From the NCBI GenBank assembly GCA_000708835.1, contig DF237705.1, positions 1 to 36,052 on the forward strand: 36,052 nucleotides of DNA. The letters run 5' to 3'. Under the pieces are notes generated by a model. It was not told the origin of the DNA and did no database searches. It was given only the letters and a program-made list of their open reading frames with translations. This document shows positions 1-11,600 of the stretch, piece after piece; position 1 is the stretch's first letter, and each line of letters starts with the position of its first letter. Origin of the DNA: Klebsormidium nitens (taxonomy: Eukaryota > Plantae > Klebsormidiophyceae). The position numbers and the translations under genes were made by a program.

Positions 1-845
1 CTCGTCAATATCTCTGCATTCCGTCCTGCTCATTGAAAGGGGCGTTCCATTACGCGTAATCAGTCGGACGCAAGTGATTACCGGCAGCCGTCGGTGACGT
101 TCCGTCAAAGTTTGACCGTAGATGTAAGGACGGTGGAAGCGAATCGACGGCATCACCGTGAACTTCAAATCGAGCGACCGGTTGAAAATTTCAAGCAACG
201 CCGTACGGCAGCTTGTACTCAAGACCAAGTCCGGGCGGAGAACCACGGCTGAACACCATGTTGCTGTGAAATTCTTGAGACCTGCGCCGCAAAGCGCCGG
301 AGTCTCCGGGTCGTACATCTTGGAACTCCCTAAGTCCAAGAGTTTCAATTCCAGTCCATAACAAGTTCACCTCGAGGGAAAGCACTGTGAATCTGTGTGC
401 GCCGCTCTGCGGAGAACCAAAAAGGACGCAAAAGAAGCCCGTTTTACCGAGAATCGAAGCCGTGACTTTATGATATGCGGGACTGCACTCTGCCACTATG
501 CTAAGCCCCGAATCCCCGGGCACAATCTTCTCTTGAGGAAAGGGGTCTTATAGGGGCACGCCCGCTTTGAATGCGTCCTGGCGCTCATCTTGCAAGGGGC
601 CGGGCCAAGTGCTATGACGTCTAGAGTACGACCGTAGGCTGTGTAGGGATCTGCAGCCAGTACTCGTTAGTACTCGACGAGCACGTGTTAATTGCCACGC
701 TGGCAGGCTTGCAGCGCTGTCCCTGGCCCTGGGCGCAAAGCGCCGCATTGCACCTTCAGCATTGCTAGGTGAGTCGACTCAATAGTACGCGGTACGTACC
801 CCCCACTTTGATGGTCATCGTCAAAATTACGCGCGCGGCCCGCCA

Positions 846-935
846 GCTCGAGGCTGGGCCTAGTAGGGCCAGGGTGCCCTGGCCCCTAGGCCTGAGCCTG
901 CAAGGCCCAGGCCCAGGGCCGAGGCTGGCCGGACA
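846..935 (+). promoter_or_regulatory. Cluster of GGCCC/GGCCCA site-II-like motifs upstream of the ARM gene
   Basis: Repeated gggcc/ggccc motifs (e.g. aggcccaggcccagggcc) about 100-180 nt upstream of the ATG. Site II (TCP-binding) elements are common in plant housekeeping promoters. Function is inferred. Confidence 0.3.
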
Positions 936-1026
936 TGTACAGAGCTGCCATGAGCGGCCCGCGACGTGCTGGATAGGGAACTCCGGTACATGTGATCATT
1001 TCAATTTCAAAGTCCTGTGTGGGGCA

Positions 1027-4000
1027 ATGGCGACTGTCGTGGAGAGAGCTCAAGCAGCAACGGGAAGTCAACAAAAGGCACCCCGGCCGTTGTCTGGTGA
1101 GACTTCATGCTCTATGCCATCCGATGTTCGTGGATGTGGGTGCACGTTTCACACAGTGTCCTCCTCATCTGCATTACTCAGGCTAGTGCCTGGGTATGAG
1201 CGACCAATTGCGCAAAGTTTCGCACACTCTTCAATGGGCAGTTTTGTGGTGGGTCTGCCGACTGAACCTGCGGTGGCCTAAAGTGCGGTGCTCCTTGTTT
1301 GCAGCTGATGAGATCCCTGGGGCGGTGGAGAAGGAAGTCCAGAAGTTGCAGTCAGACGTGAGCACTTGCTTCGTAGCATTGCTGACGCTAGGAACAGTGG
1401 TGCGGCAGAAAAAAAGTGGTGGTGCAAGAACAAGCGTGCTCCAGAACGCATACATTGGTGTTCCAGTGTGTGGTTGCTCGCCTCGCTCATCTCCCTTTGC
1501 TGACCCCTGGCTGCTTCCCCCAGGATGTTGGGACGGCCTCCCTTGCCGCGCTGGCCATCTTCTTGTTGGGGCAGCGGGAGGATGCGTGGCCCCATCTGCA
1601 CACCGCTGTAAGGAAGCCACCTCCCTCTGGGCCCCACCACCAGCAGGACGAGCCACACCCGATGGTTGAGATTGAATAGAGCATGTTTAGTCACAGGTCT
1701 TACCCGTGCTACGGCAGTGCACGGGTTCTCTCAGAAACCTGCTTGGTCGCCTAGTTGGCTACAATGCTGGTGGAGGAGATTTGCTGTATGATTCTTCTGA
1801 ATCCTGAGTGGTCCTGCCCCCCCTGATCGCACTCTCACTCTGGCTGGCTCTTTGTCGCAGATCCGGCCCTTGGTGAATCTGCTGACGTCAGACCAGGAGT
1901 CAATTCAAGTGAGTGCCAATCGTTGTTTTATCTTTCTCTCAGACACGTGAATCCGTGGCCACTGCCACCGGCATCGCTGCAAAACCTCGCTTGCTCCCCG
2001 TGCTGCATCGTTGATACGCCCTGGGCAGGAGCTATTTGCCCCGGGTCACGCTCTTGCGGTGCTACATTGACTGCCCCATCGCTGCTCTGCTCTCTGGAGC
2101 GCGGCACAGTGGGGCCAAGCTGTAGCAGGCGTCCTGGCGAAGCGATGCCAGGAGGCTTATCAAACTTGAGACATAACTCTGTAAAGCACCCAGCACAGCT
2201 GGCGGGGTCCAGTTCCCTGTGTATGAAGCAACAATAAACTCGAACGGGCTTCCTCATGATTACTGGAACCGTTCGACTTGAGCCCGGTGCGCTGTTTCAG
2301 GCGATGTGTCCTTGGTGCTGATGAGGCTGCGGCCATGCTGCAGCGAAACGTGTTTGCCGCCCTCACTGTCATCTCCAACGCTAATGACGACCTCAGGGGC
2401 CAGGTGGCAGCTTCCTCAGCGGTGGTGAGTCGACCTCGTGTTTGCCTGTTCAGGGAATCACGCTTTATTCGTTGTGTGAGCCCAGCTGGCTGCCAACGAA
2501 GCAGCACTTTCAGTACAGGGGGGACTTTCAGGAATATCAATCCTTTGTCTCTGCAAGGTCCAGATCGAACTCTGAGAGTTGCTTTGTTTGTGCCCCCAAT
2601 TGCGTGCGCCCCCAATTGCATGTGCCACCTGACCTTTCTCCATGCTGTTGCTCTCTCAGGTGCCCGCCTGCCTGGACGCTCTCTCCGATCCAGTCCTGGG
2701 GGTCAATGCGGCCAACTTGCTAGGGGCACTGGCGCAACAGTGAGCGGCCGCCTACTGCTCATGCCGGAGTCTCTAGCCTCCTCCCAACACCGGTCTGCGT
2801 CCTAGTGAATGACCGCACTGAAGGCTTTTTACGCTTTGACTATTCTCGGGACATTCTTGGGGCTCCACCTCGTCGTGAGGCCACCATCGAGGACACCCGT
2901 CTCCCCTCCCTGCAGTGCATCCGTGAGCAGCGACTTGTTTGCGGTGGGGGGCATTCCGCGGCTGCTGGCGGCGTTCGAGGTCCCGCAGCAGCCCGTCCTA
3001 TGGGAGGCCGTCGTCGACGTGGTAAGGCCCGCCCACCATGCCCCCTTGCGCTCGGTGTTATCGAGTATACAATGCGTGTAAGCACTGGGCATCGAACTGT
3101 TTCGCTAGGTGCCACTGACTTTGCACTCCGGCATCCTTGGTTTGTGTCCGGCAGCTTGTGTGTCCCGTTGCCCGCCCAACTCAGCGTTGCGTGGTGGTCG
3201 GACTTTGATGTGCATGCCTTGATCTGCTTCTGGGCTCACCGCCGCGGTGCGGTGTGCAGCTATGCCACCTGGCAGCCGAGGAGTCGTTGCGGCCGTCGCT
3301 GGCGCAGGAGGGCGTCATCGGCGGGCTAGTCCCCCTGCTGGCGTGCAGCGAGAGCGAGGTCGTCGTGCGCGCCCTGCTCGGGCTAGGCATGCTCTGCGGC
3401 GCAGAGTGAGGCCTCACCGCCGTGCGGCATCAACCCATCCACGGGACACTCGTGATCGCTCTTCGGTCCGATCAGCTCAAATTCCTGCCGATAGGGCCGC
3501 TTGTTCGAAACGAGCTTTTAATGCTTGCACCAAAGCCGGTTCCGAAGCTGGAATTCGGGTCGCTTTCATGAGTTACAAGCTTAGAGAAGGATGCAGCGTG
3601 CCGAAGGTTGTTGACGCCCCCCATGCCTGACTGTGCCGATCTTAACGTGTGCAGTGCGGATCGCCAAGCTCGGCTGGCGGAGGAGGACGGGGCCGCCACG
3701 CAGCTGCTGACGCTCATGAAGTAAGCAGCGAGGCCGCCTCCACGGAGTACGCCAAATATTCTCTCGAGCCACACCCAACATGCTTGCTGCTGATCCTGCT
3801 CCAGGTCTGAATGCCGCCTTGAAGTTCGTTGCACTGCTTCTCCGAGCTTGCTTGCTTTTTGCCTGCTTCCTGTCGCCTACGTCAGTGTTACCTGCCGTCT
3901 AACCTGTTCCCGTCTTCCAGGTCCCCCGACGAAGACGTCAGAAACATTTCAAAAGAGGTGTTCTTGTCCCTGGCGTCAAACCCCATTCTCAAGCCGGCCA

Positions 4001-4047
4001 TTGAAGCAGAAATCAGACGATCTACTTCGAAGTCAACAGAACGATGA
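1027..4047 (+). CDS. Armadillo (ARM)-repeat protein, 10 exons, ~286 aa
   Basis: Hand-spliced exons 1027-1096, 1305-1357, 1524-1607, 1861-1908, 2344-2424, 2660-2739, 2916-3021, 3260-3405, 3655-3720, 3921-4047. All introns are GT-AG with consistent phases (861 nt). The product has ARM-like repeats, e.g. IRPLVNLLTSDQESIQRNVFAALTVIS and LAQEGVIGGLVPLLACSESEVVVRALLGLGMLC. The start codon and the 2344 acceptor are the least certain parts. Confidence 0.8.
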
Positions 4048-5360
4048 TTCGCTGGCACTTTGGATCTGGACGCACGCTGCTGCATATTGATTCGTTACCT
4101 TGCTTCCAATCAGGGTTCAAGAGGGCCGTCCGAGATGCCACTCGTGGCTTATTATATGCAGCCATTTGGCGTATGTCTACAGAAGATTGGTCTCAAAAAA
4201 GTTGTCCTGTTTCTGGAAGTCCATGCACTGTCGGCTTTCACTGTCGATTCATGTGGGAACACCTGTAGATGCCAACCACATTCGTCATGCCAGCCGTCGG
4301 GCGGCTGGCCGAGCATGCTCGGCCCGGTAGCAGCTTACATTCTATGCAACATACGTAGAAGACGTACGCTTGCACTGATGCATGCGTCTCCATGCTTGAC
4401 GACTGCGCCATGTCGCAGTCAGATGCTGCCTGATTAAAGTGGTCTATAAAGAACTGGGGGTGGCCATAGCCATTCGAAGTGACCGGAAGGATTTCAAAGG
4501 GAGAACGCTTACCACCACCAGCCTCGGTACGAAGCCAGCAAGCCGTCCAGACATGCTCCGGCCGCGAATCAGCTGCCGACAGGACCTGCGAACCCACGGA
4601 CCCCGAACTGCTGCACATGACCGGACCTACTTAGTTGAATTCAGAACTAGCGTGCTTTAAAGAGCCTCGCACATCAACCATGTTGCGATTAATCGATCAA
4701 ACGCTCGAACACCGGGGATCAAACAGGTAAGTGCATTCCGCTATAGTCGACGGGGCTCCAAAACGTTTATCGACATGTTGATAAACGTGGCTTGACGTGC
4801 ACTGGCCACGGCATGTATATACGCGGCGGCCAACGTACGATGCAATCGAACGAGAGGCTAAGACGTACACGCACCAAGTCACTAGCACATGTGTGCGAGA
4901 ATAGAACAGACTACCATGACTTCTACTTATATGCACGATCGTGTGACACTGCAGCAAGCGCCAGTGCCCGACCACTCCGTCCAATCATCACATGGCATGT
5001 ATGATCGATCCGACATTGCAGCTTCTTGCAATCAATTCCTGAATGTATCCATTGTGGATATACCTTGTAGCTCGTGCCCCATGACCAGATTGCAAACAGT
5101 CAAAATGTTGAGAAATTTCAGGTGTCAGGTTTTCTGCATATGCATCAATGTGAGATCTCGTGTACAGACTGTCACCGGGTTAGCTATCTGTAAATTTTAC
5201 AAGACTATTATCGACGTTCCTGTCGGTATTGATATCCACTGTTGCGAACTCCAAGTATCGTCCGACTATTGCCCATGTAGCATTACCAACTTCGTAAATG
5301 GGATTGCCCTACGTACTAGTGGATGGTAGGGCCTTGCCAGGAGCAGAGGGAGCCCACGAA

Positions 5361-7429
5361 TCAGAGATTGAAGAAGAGCTTACATTCACCTTTTGATATC
5401 CGGTTTGAGCCATGACGCTGGTAGAAGTTCCAAAAGTCGTTCCTGCAAACACCGAGGGGCGAGAGCAAAGCTCGTATCACAAGCATGTCATGTTGGCACC
5501 TGAATTGACGACGGGATACCATCCTCTCTCCAGTAGGAGCATCAAGGGTATTACTCGGATACTTATCCAGACAAAGGCTAGAGTGACTAAGCAGGGAAGC
5601 TCCATACGGAACACAACTCGGAACGACTTCACAAGGTGAATTCAAGCAGACCCCTTTATTCGAGCGCCCAACCGGCTCTAAGAAGGCTGGTAAGTGAAAG
5701 CCGGTGGTGGTGACAATTACGTACCTGGTTTCTGGGATGTCCACAACGGTCAATCCCTTCGCATCTTTGTGCAAGTCCAGGACGAGAACTTCGAGCGAAC
5801 TGAGGCTCAGTGCCGATAGTTCCGTCAGTTTCAGTAACCTTTGAGAAGAGAAGGAGCCCGATGGTAAGCTGCCTTGACGTGAAGTCGAACACAATTGGTG
5901 GCTTCAAGGTAAAAGTGACGGCATCAAGAGAATAGCAAGAGAGATCCGAGCCCACACCAACTAATGAGTGCAGAGAGACATTTGGTAGAAACATCAGTTG
6001 CCCACTTGCATGAGGATGAACGTCACCTGTTCGGCGTCCCCGCTGCAACGTTGACCCGCTTTTTCAGAACTTCGATCTGCTCCTCGATCTTGAAATGCTT
6101 CGCAAAGAGCTTGGCCACACGGCAGCCAGCATTGAGTTCAGTAAGCGTCCTGTAGGAAGACAAACACTCAGCCCTCTGAGCGCAACTGCACATGTACAAA
6201 GCTCCGTTGGCTTGACACACCCCTATCCACAAGCCTTGGCAGAAACAGGCATGTCGCAAAACCAGCTTAGCAAAGTTGCAGGCACAAGGGGCCCATGTAG
6301 CTACTCAAAGAGTGACCCACTTGGGGATTTTTGCAACGCTTACTTGATGATCTCGACACATCTTTTGGCGGACGCTGCTACTATGAGCACTGTGGGGCTC
6401 CCTGCTTCATGTCCCTCCTCCAGGGTGCTGCCCAGCAGGCGCTCCTGCCACCGCGACCCAAACAGTACCTTCAGCTGGGGGGCGAGGGGCGCCCCGGAAT
6501 GACTGCCACTGGCAATGTGCTGATCTGACCAGGAGGACGCAAAAGCTGTCACATGAGGCTCCCATGAAAAGTAGGACAGTGGCAAAGCGCAAACCTAGTG
6601 AGGGGACCAATACTTCACTGGAATGTGTAGTACGATGGTGGTACAATCACGAGGTGGTACGTTCACTGATATCAAGATGCGTACACTTTCCGCTGATGTA
6701 TGATCGGCTTTCCACCAAAACAATGAGTCTAGTGGAACGACAAGAAAAAGTCGAAACCACGTTTGCAAAAGTCTAAGGCACATTCATGGGAGTGCCCAGT
6801 CCTCCCTGGGCCGAAGATGCGGAAGGCACTGCACCTGTGATGTCTGCCTGCTCCAGGCTGGACAGCGCTCCTCCAAAGTGTGCCCGAAAACAGCCCCCGA
6901 ACCAGTCCGCCTGCTCCGTATGGTCGGCGCCGGCTTCAGGGAGGGGCAAAGCGCGGGGGTTCTCTTTGGGCAATTCGCTCATTTCCTTGCCACCTTTTTT
7001 CGAAGCAGCGTGCTTCTCGACCACCTTCTCATCGGATGCTACATCGCGCCCGTCACTCTCTTTTCGTTTCTTCTTGCTCTTTTTCGAAGCTGCATTTACC
7101 TGTCCATCCTGCGACTTTGCTTGTGGGGCCGTGCTTTCATTCACCTGTTCTATCTTCCGTTTCTTTCGCTTTTGGGGCTCTGCGCCCTGCCCCTCCCCCG
7201 GCTGCCCTGTCAGGAACTCCCCCTGCGCGCTGCCCCCATCTGCCACCAGCGCGGCCTCCTCCGCCAGGTCCAGGACCGCCACCGCGCCAAAGTCATCCTC
7301 CGCCTCGCCCCCTTCCTGCGCTAGAGGACCGTGGAAGCTGTCTGCAAGCTTCCTTTTCTTCCGCTCCAAACGCTTTCCAGGAGCATCACGACGGGTGTTG
7401 CTTCCTTTGCCCGCCATCTTAGGCTTCAT
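5361..7429 (-). CDS. CMS1: CMS1/CMSS1-family protein (U3-containing 90S pre-ribosome factor), 5 exons, ~364 aa, Lys/Glu-rich N-terminus
   Basis: Exons 7429-6835, 6524-6344, 6149-6027, 5838-5725, 5442-5361 (1095 nt, phases consistent). The motifs GSPTVLIVAASAKRCVEIIK, RVAKLFAKHFKIEEQIEVLKKRVNVAAGTPNRL and LEVLVLDLHKDAKGLTVVDIPETR match the CMS1 family as I recall it (LIICSSAxRA, KLFAKHIK, GTPGRI, MMDIPEIR). The start could be the ATG at 7417 or one further upstream. Confidence 0.88.
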
Positions 7430-8600
7430 GCTGTCCGCTTGCTTGGTGGCGCCCATGATCTTCTCCGTTTGATCGAGTCCAACGTGCTGGCGTTGGAATT
7501 CCCTGAAACTTGAAAGTCGAAACATTTTAGGATTCACAGAATGGTAACGAGTTGCCGGTAATGGATGTGCCACGTGTTGTTTTTTGAGTCGTCCATTTTA
7601 GCGCAAAATGCGAACTGGAACAGTTCAAACCTCACCTTCGACTCGAATGACCACTCCTAGTAGGTACCTATGCTCAGCTTGTGCACCGGTAGAGTCTAGA
7701 CTCCTCACTGGTCAGTCCTGCACTGAAGCGGCAGGGCAGCCTCTATTCCCTATGAACAATGGGTCGGCCGATACCTACCTATTCCGAATTCGGAGTATCG
7801 ACGGCCCCGATGTTGCGAAGGAGAAAGCATTCGTCCATCGAGCCGCTCGGAGTCGAAGTTTGTTAGGTACTGCCGCGGGTAACTCCCAGTTTCACCGCGG
7901 CTGAGTCTTGCATGATGCAAACCGCAGCAAATACCGTACCTAGTACCGATTGGATCTGCTACCCATACCTAGCAAGGTACGTACCGTAGTTTTTGAGTCC
8001 GACTGAGGTTGTGCGAGCTTAGGATACGGCCGGAACTCCCGGAGATATTTATCGGACAACCGGTACCTACCTAGCGATTGTACAGGTTACAGGATAGGTA
8101 CCTATACATCGTGGTACAATAACTTTTGGAATTTGGACCGTTGGAAAGTGGGACTCATGCACAGCGGAAATGATAATCGGTACTTAGCAAGACGTGTCAA
8201 GACGTGTTCACTGTTTGCTCCATTGCAAAAATGGCCGCGGTGAAAGCATCCTGACACTACCCGCCTTCAAAAGTGCGTAAATCATTCTCTCCTCTAAGCT
8301 AGGTACCTAGCTTGCAGTTCTTGTTGCCTTGTTGCCAATTTGTAAATTGTGAGGACCAGATTGCTGTGTAACATACTGTAGATCAGAGATTGGGCTTCTT
8401 TGTGATAGTTCTTGATTGTCTAGGAGGAGAGGGCGCCTCAGTTTTGTAAGATCGTAGTGGATGCCCTTGCCCAGGTGCAAGGATTAGAGTCGACAGCCTC
8501 GAAAGCAACGGGAGGCAACCTGACACAACTGGCCACCAGTCAAAGACTGCACCTGCCCTGCAAATCGAGTCCTCCTAGTCCAATTTCCTGTCAATGCTCC

Positions 8601-11600
8601 ATGGCGTCGGCCCAGTTGAAGCTGACGCAATTGCGCGCTGATGCCGCATCTCTGGCAGTGAGCCGGACCACAAATGTAGCCAGAGATGCGCCGACTCCCG
8701 CCTGGAGCAGCAGCCACGCGGATTTCATGGGCCCCACACTGCAGCTTGTCGCGGGGCCAGGGAAGAGGAAGAGAGCACCGGCGCACAGCTGCCAGGCACT
8801 CGCGCTGCCTGATGCCGTGACGGGGCTGGTTGCTGCAGGGTGAGTGGCATGGGCGGCATTTTGGTATATGCCGAAACAGGACATCTGTCCACGCACAGCT
8901 AACGGCATCCCCATTGTCAGCATTTGCATCAGGCCAACCGCTGTTTGGCATACATCTGAGACATTGCGCGACGCACGTGTAATTTTCTCTCGTTGTCCAT
9001 ATACTTAGATCTGGAAAGATGAAGTCAAGCCAGCCGTCTCTTGCCCTGCCTTTCATACGACCCCCATCGCATCTAATGCCAGAGCTTGTGTGTCTTCCCC
9101 CCATGCCAGCGTGTCTGCCATTGGCCTTTCCAGCGGTGCGTCGGAGTGGGCCCAGCTGCTGCGCCCCCCCGAGGCGGTGCTGGCCCCCCTGGCCTCTCTG
9201 GACGACCCGGCGCAATGGCGGACACTGGCTGCGGCCGCACTCACTCTCTGGTACATCACTGCCAAGCCGGGGCCGATCCAGGGCGTGCTCGACATCATGT
9301 GGGCGCCCGTCGCAGAAATGAATGCAACGTGAGTGCAACTCAGGCGCACGGGAGATGACGAAGGGCAGCCCACTCAGTTGCCTTGCCACTGGGCCGTAGC
9401 GGGCCACAGAGATTGACGATTGTCTGTTTTAGAGGCAGAAGGAGCCACATTCAGCTGTGGAAGTATTGCCCCACCTCAAGGTGATAAAAGGCTGAGAGAG
9501 TAGGAGCTGAATCCTGCTGAAGTATCCCTTGGGAGGATCAAGCGCAAAGGCATCAACTGAGCTCTTGAGTTGCCGCATCGTTGGGACAATCGAGACCCAG
9601 CTGCCTGGATCAGCCCTGCTATATTCACTTGTGCACGGTGTGTCGCGGCAGGTCGTTTGACCCTGCGTGCATCACCATCGGCAAGCAGCTGGGGGAGGGC
9701 TCTTTTGGCGTGGTATTTGAGGGGTGGGTGGCCGGCCCGCGCGGGCGCACACGCGTGGTGCTCAAGAAGGTGAAGGCCAAGGTGTCGGGTGCCGACGAGA
9801 TGCGCACCAGCGAGCTCTACTTCAACAAGCGCCTCCAACGCTCAGCACGCGGCAGGTCAGCCCCACTGCACTTTTCTCGCACAGCTTCGCTATCGGGGCC
9901 CCGGGTCTTTGTCTGGATGGGATCGTGGGTCATGCCGCGCAACTCAATGTCCCTCCTCACTTTCATTTTTGATATGACTGAAGCTGGTTTAGAATTGGCT
10001 GACTGTTTGTATCTCGATGGACATGGTCACTTTCACTAGAACCGGCTAGTACACATTTGTCGTCGTTGGTAATTCTCTTGCTTGTCTCATTCCTGATCCT
10101 GTGTTTCTTTGGCGCGCAGCTGTGCTGACTTTCTTGGGACCTGCCAGGTGGACAGGGCCATGCAGAAGGGCAAGCTGGTAGAGGTCAGCCTTGCCCCCTG
10201 CCCACACCTCGAGCAAATCGGCGGATGCCTGAGTATCGTCCCTGTAATATCTCCAACTTGTGCCCAGCTCGTTGGGGCTGCCCGTTGTACAGGCAACAGT
10301 TTCCTTCACTTTTCGACAGATTTCGATGGTCGCTTCGTGAGGCCGTTCGTGCTGAGCTAGTCCCGTCTCAAACTGATGGGCTGTCCGCTCTCGATGCCAG
10401 GGCACGTGGCTCATATGGCGCTACCAGGGGTCGGCCAACCTGGAGTCGTTCCTGCGGCGCCGCGACTTCCCGGCTGCGCTGGCGGGGGACCTGCTCGGGG
10501 AGCGCGGGGTGACCGTGCGGTCCACCAAGGAGGACACGCTGCAGCGCGACTGCGCCGTCGTGCAGGCCGTGTGCCGGCACGTCCTGGAGAACCTGCGTGC
10601 CGTGCACGCAACAGGTGCGCATCACCAACGGAGCCCGGACCAGGACAGGTCGACCGCGGCCGAATCTACTGCTCCACGAGCGAAACTCAATTCATTTCAC
10701 ATTCCTTGATGTTGTCTTCACCAGAGTGGGAGATTGCTCAGCAAAGGATCGAAATTGGCACACAAAGGAGACGCAGTAACGCCATGGGGCTGACTTGTGG
10801 AGGGCTGTGTGGCACAGGCGTGGTGCACCGCGACGTGAAGCCCCTGAACCTGGTGCTGGACCAGGAGACGCTGCGCTTCACGCTGGTCGACCTGGGGGCC
10901 TGCGTGGACCTGCGGACCGGGTACAACTACGTGAGCAGACTGCCATCTGAAATTGGCAGCTGTGCATTCTACTGGGGCCTCGCTTCTGCTCCCAGTCTGG
11001 CAATACGTTCGGAGCACTACGTCAATACAAGCGGGTTGGCTCCAGTGTAAAGCTAGCCAGCTCATTGCGTTTCTCCGCTACATGAATCTTGCAGTGATTC
11101 GTGCTTGCTGGCTCCATGACCTCCTGTGCTGACCACGGAGCGGGCGTGCAGGTGCCGGACGAGACGATCATGGACCCGATCTACTGCGCGCCGGAGCAGT
11201 ACATTCTGCCCATCAACATGCCGGACGCGCCCCCCGGCCCCCTCATGTCGCTGCTGGCGCCGCTGCTGTTCCTGGCGCACACGCCCGACAAGTTCGACCT
11301 CTTCTCCACGGGGCTCGTGCTCATGCAGCTCGCGGTGCCCACGCTGCGCTACGACAGGAACCTCGTGAGCGGCCCTCTTCTTCCGCTGTACGTCACCAAC
11401 AGCGATCAAAGATTCAGAAGATCGTCCGCTATCCCTGCAAGTTCGAACTTTCCGCATGTCAGAAGGACGAAAGGAGACCAGGGACTCTGGCAGACTTCCT
11501 GGGGACCCCCTTCCGTTAGAAGCCCTTCGATTGATGGTCAACTCAAAAAGCCATCAACCCAGACCGTCGACCCTAGAGGGTAGTAGTCGGGGTGTCTTAC

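Noticed and set aside
2301-2343. Alternative acceptor TTTCAG at 2300 for ARM exon 5
   Set aside because: It is out of phase with the preceding exon. The TGCAG acceptor at 2343 is in phase and yields a clean ARM repeat.
4300-5330. ORFs in the ARM/CMS1 convergent gap (e.g. 4889-5329)
   Set aside because: They have no recognisable motifs or splice-consistent extension, and are probably UTR or intergenic DNA.
6486-6498. 13-nt match (GGGGCGCCCCGGA) to the core unit
   Set aside because: It lies inside CMS1 coding exon 2 (SGAP codons) with no flanking similarity, so it is a chance GC-rich match.
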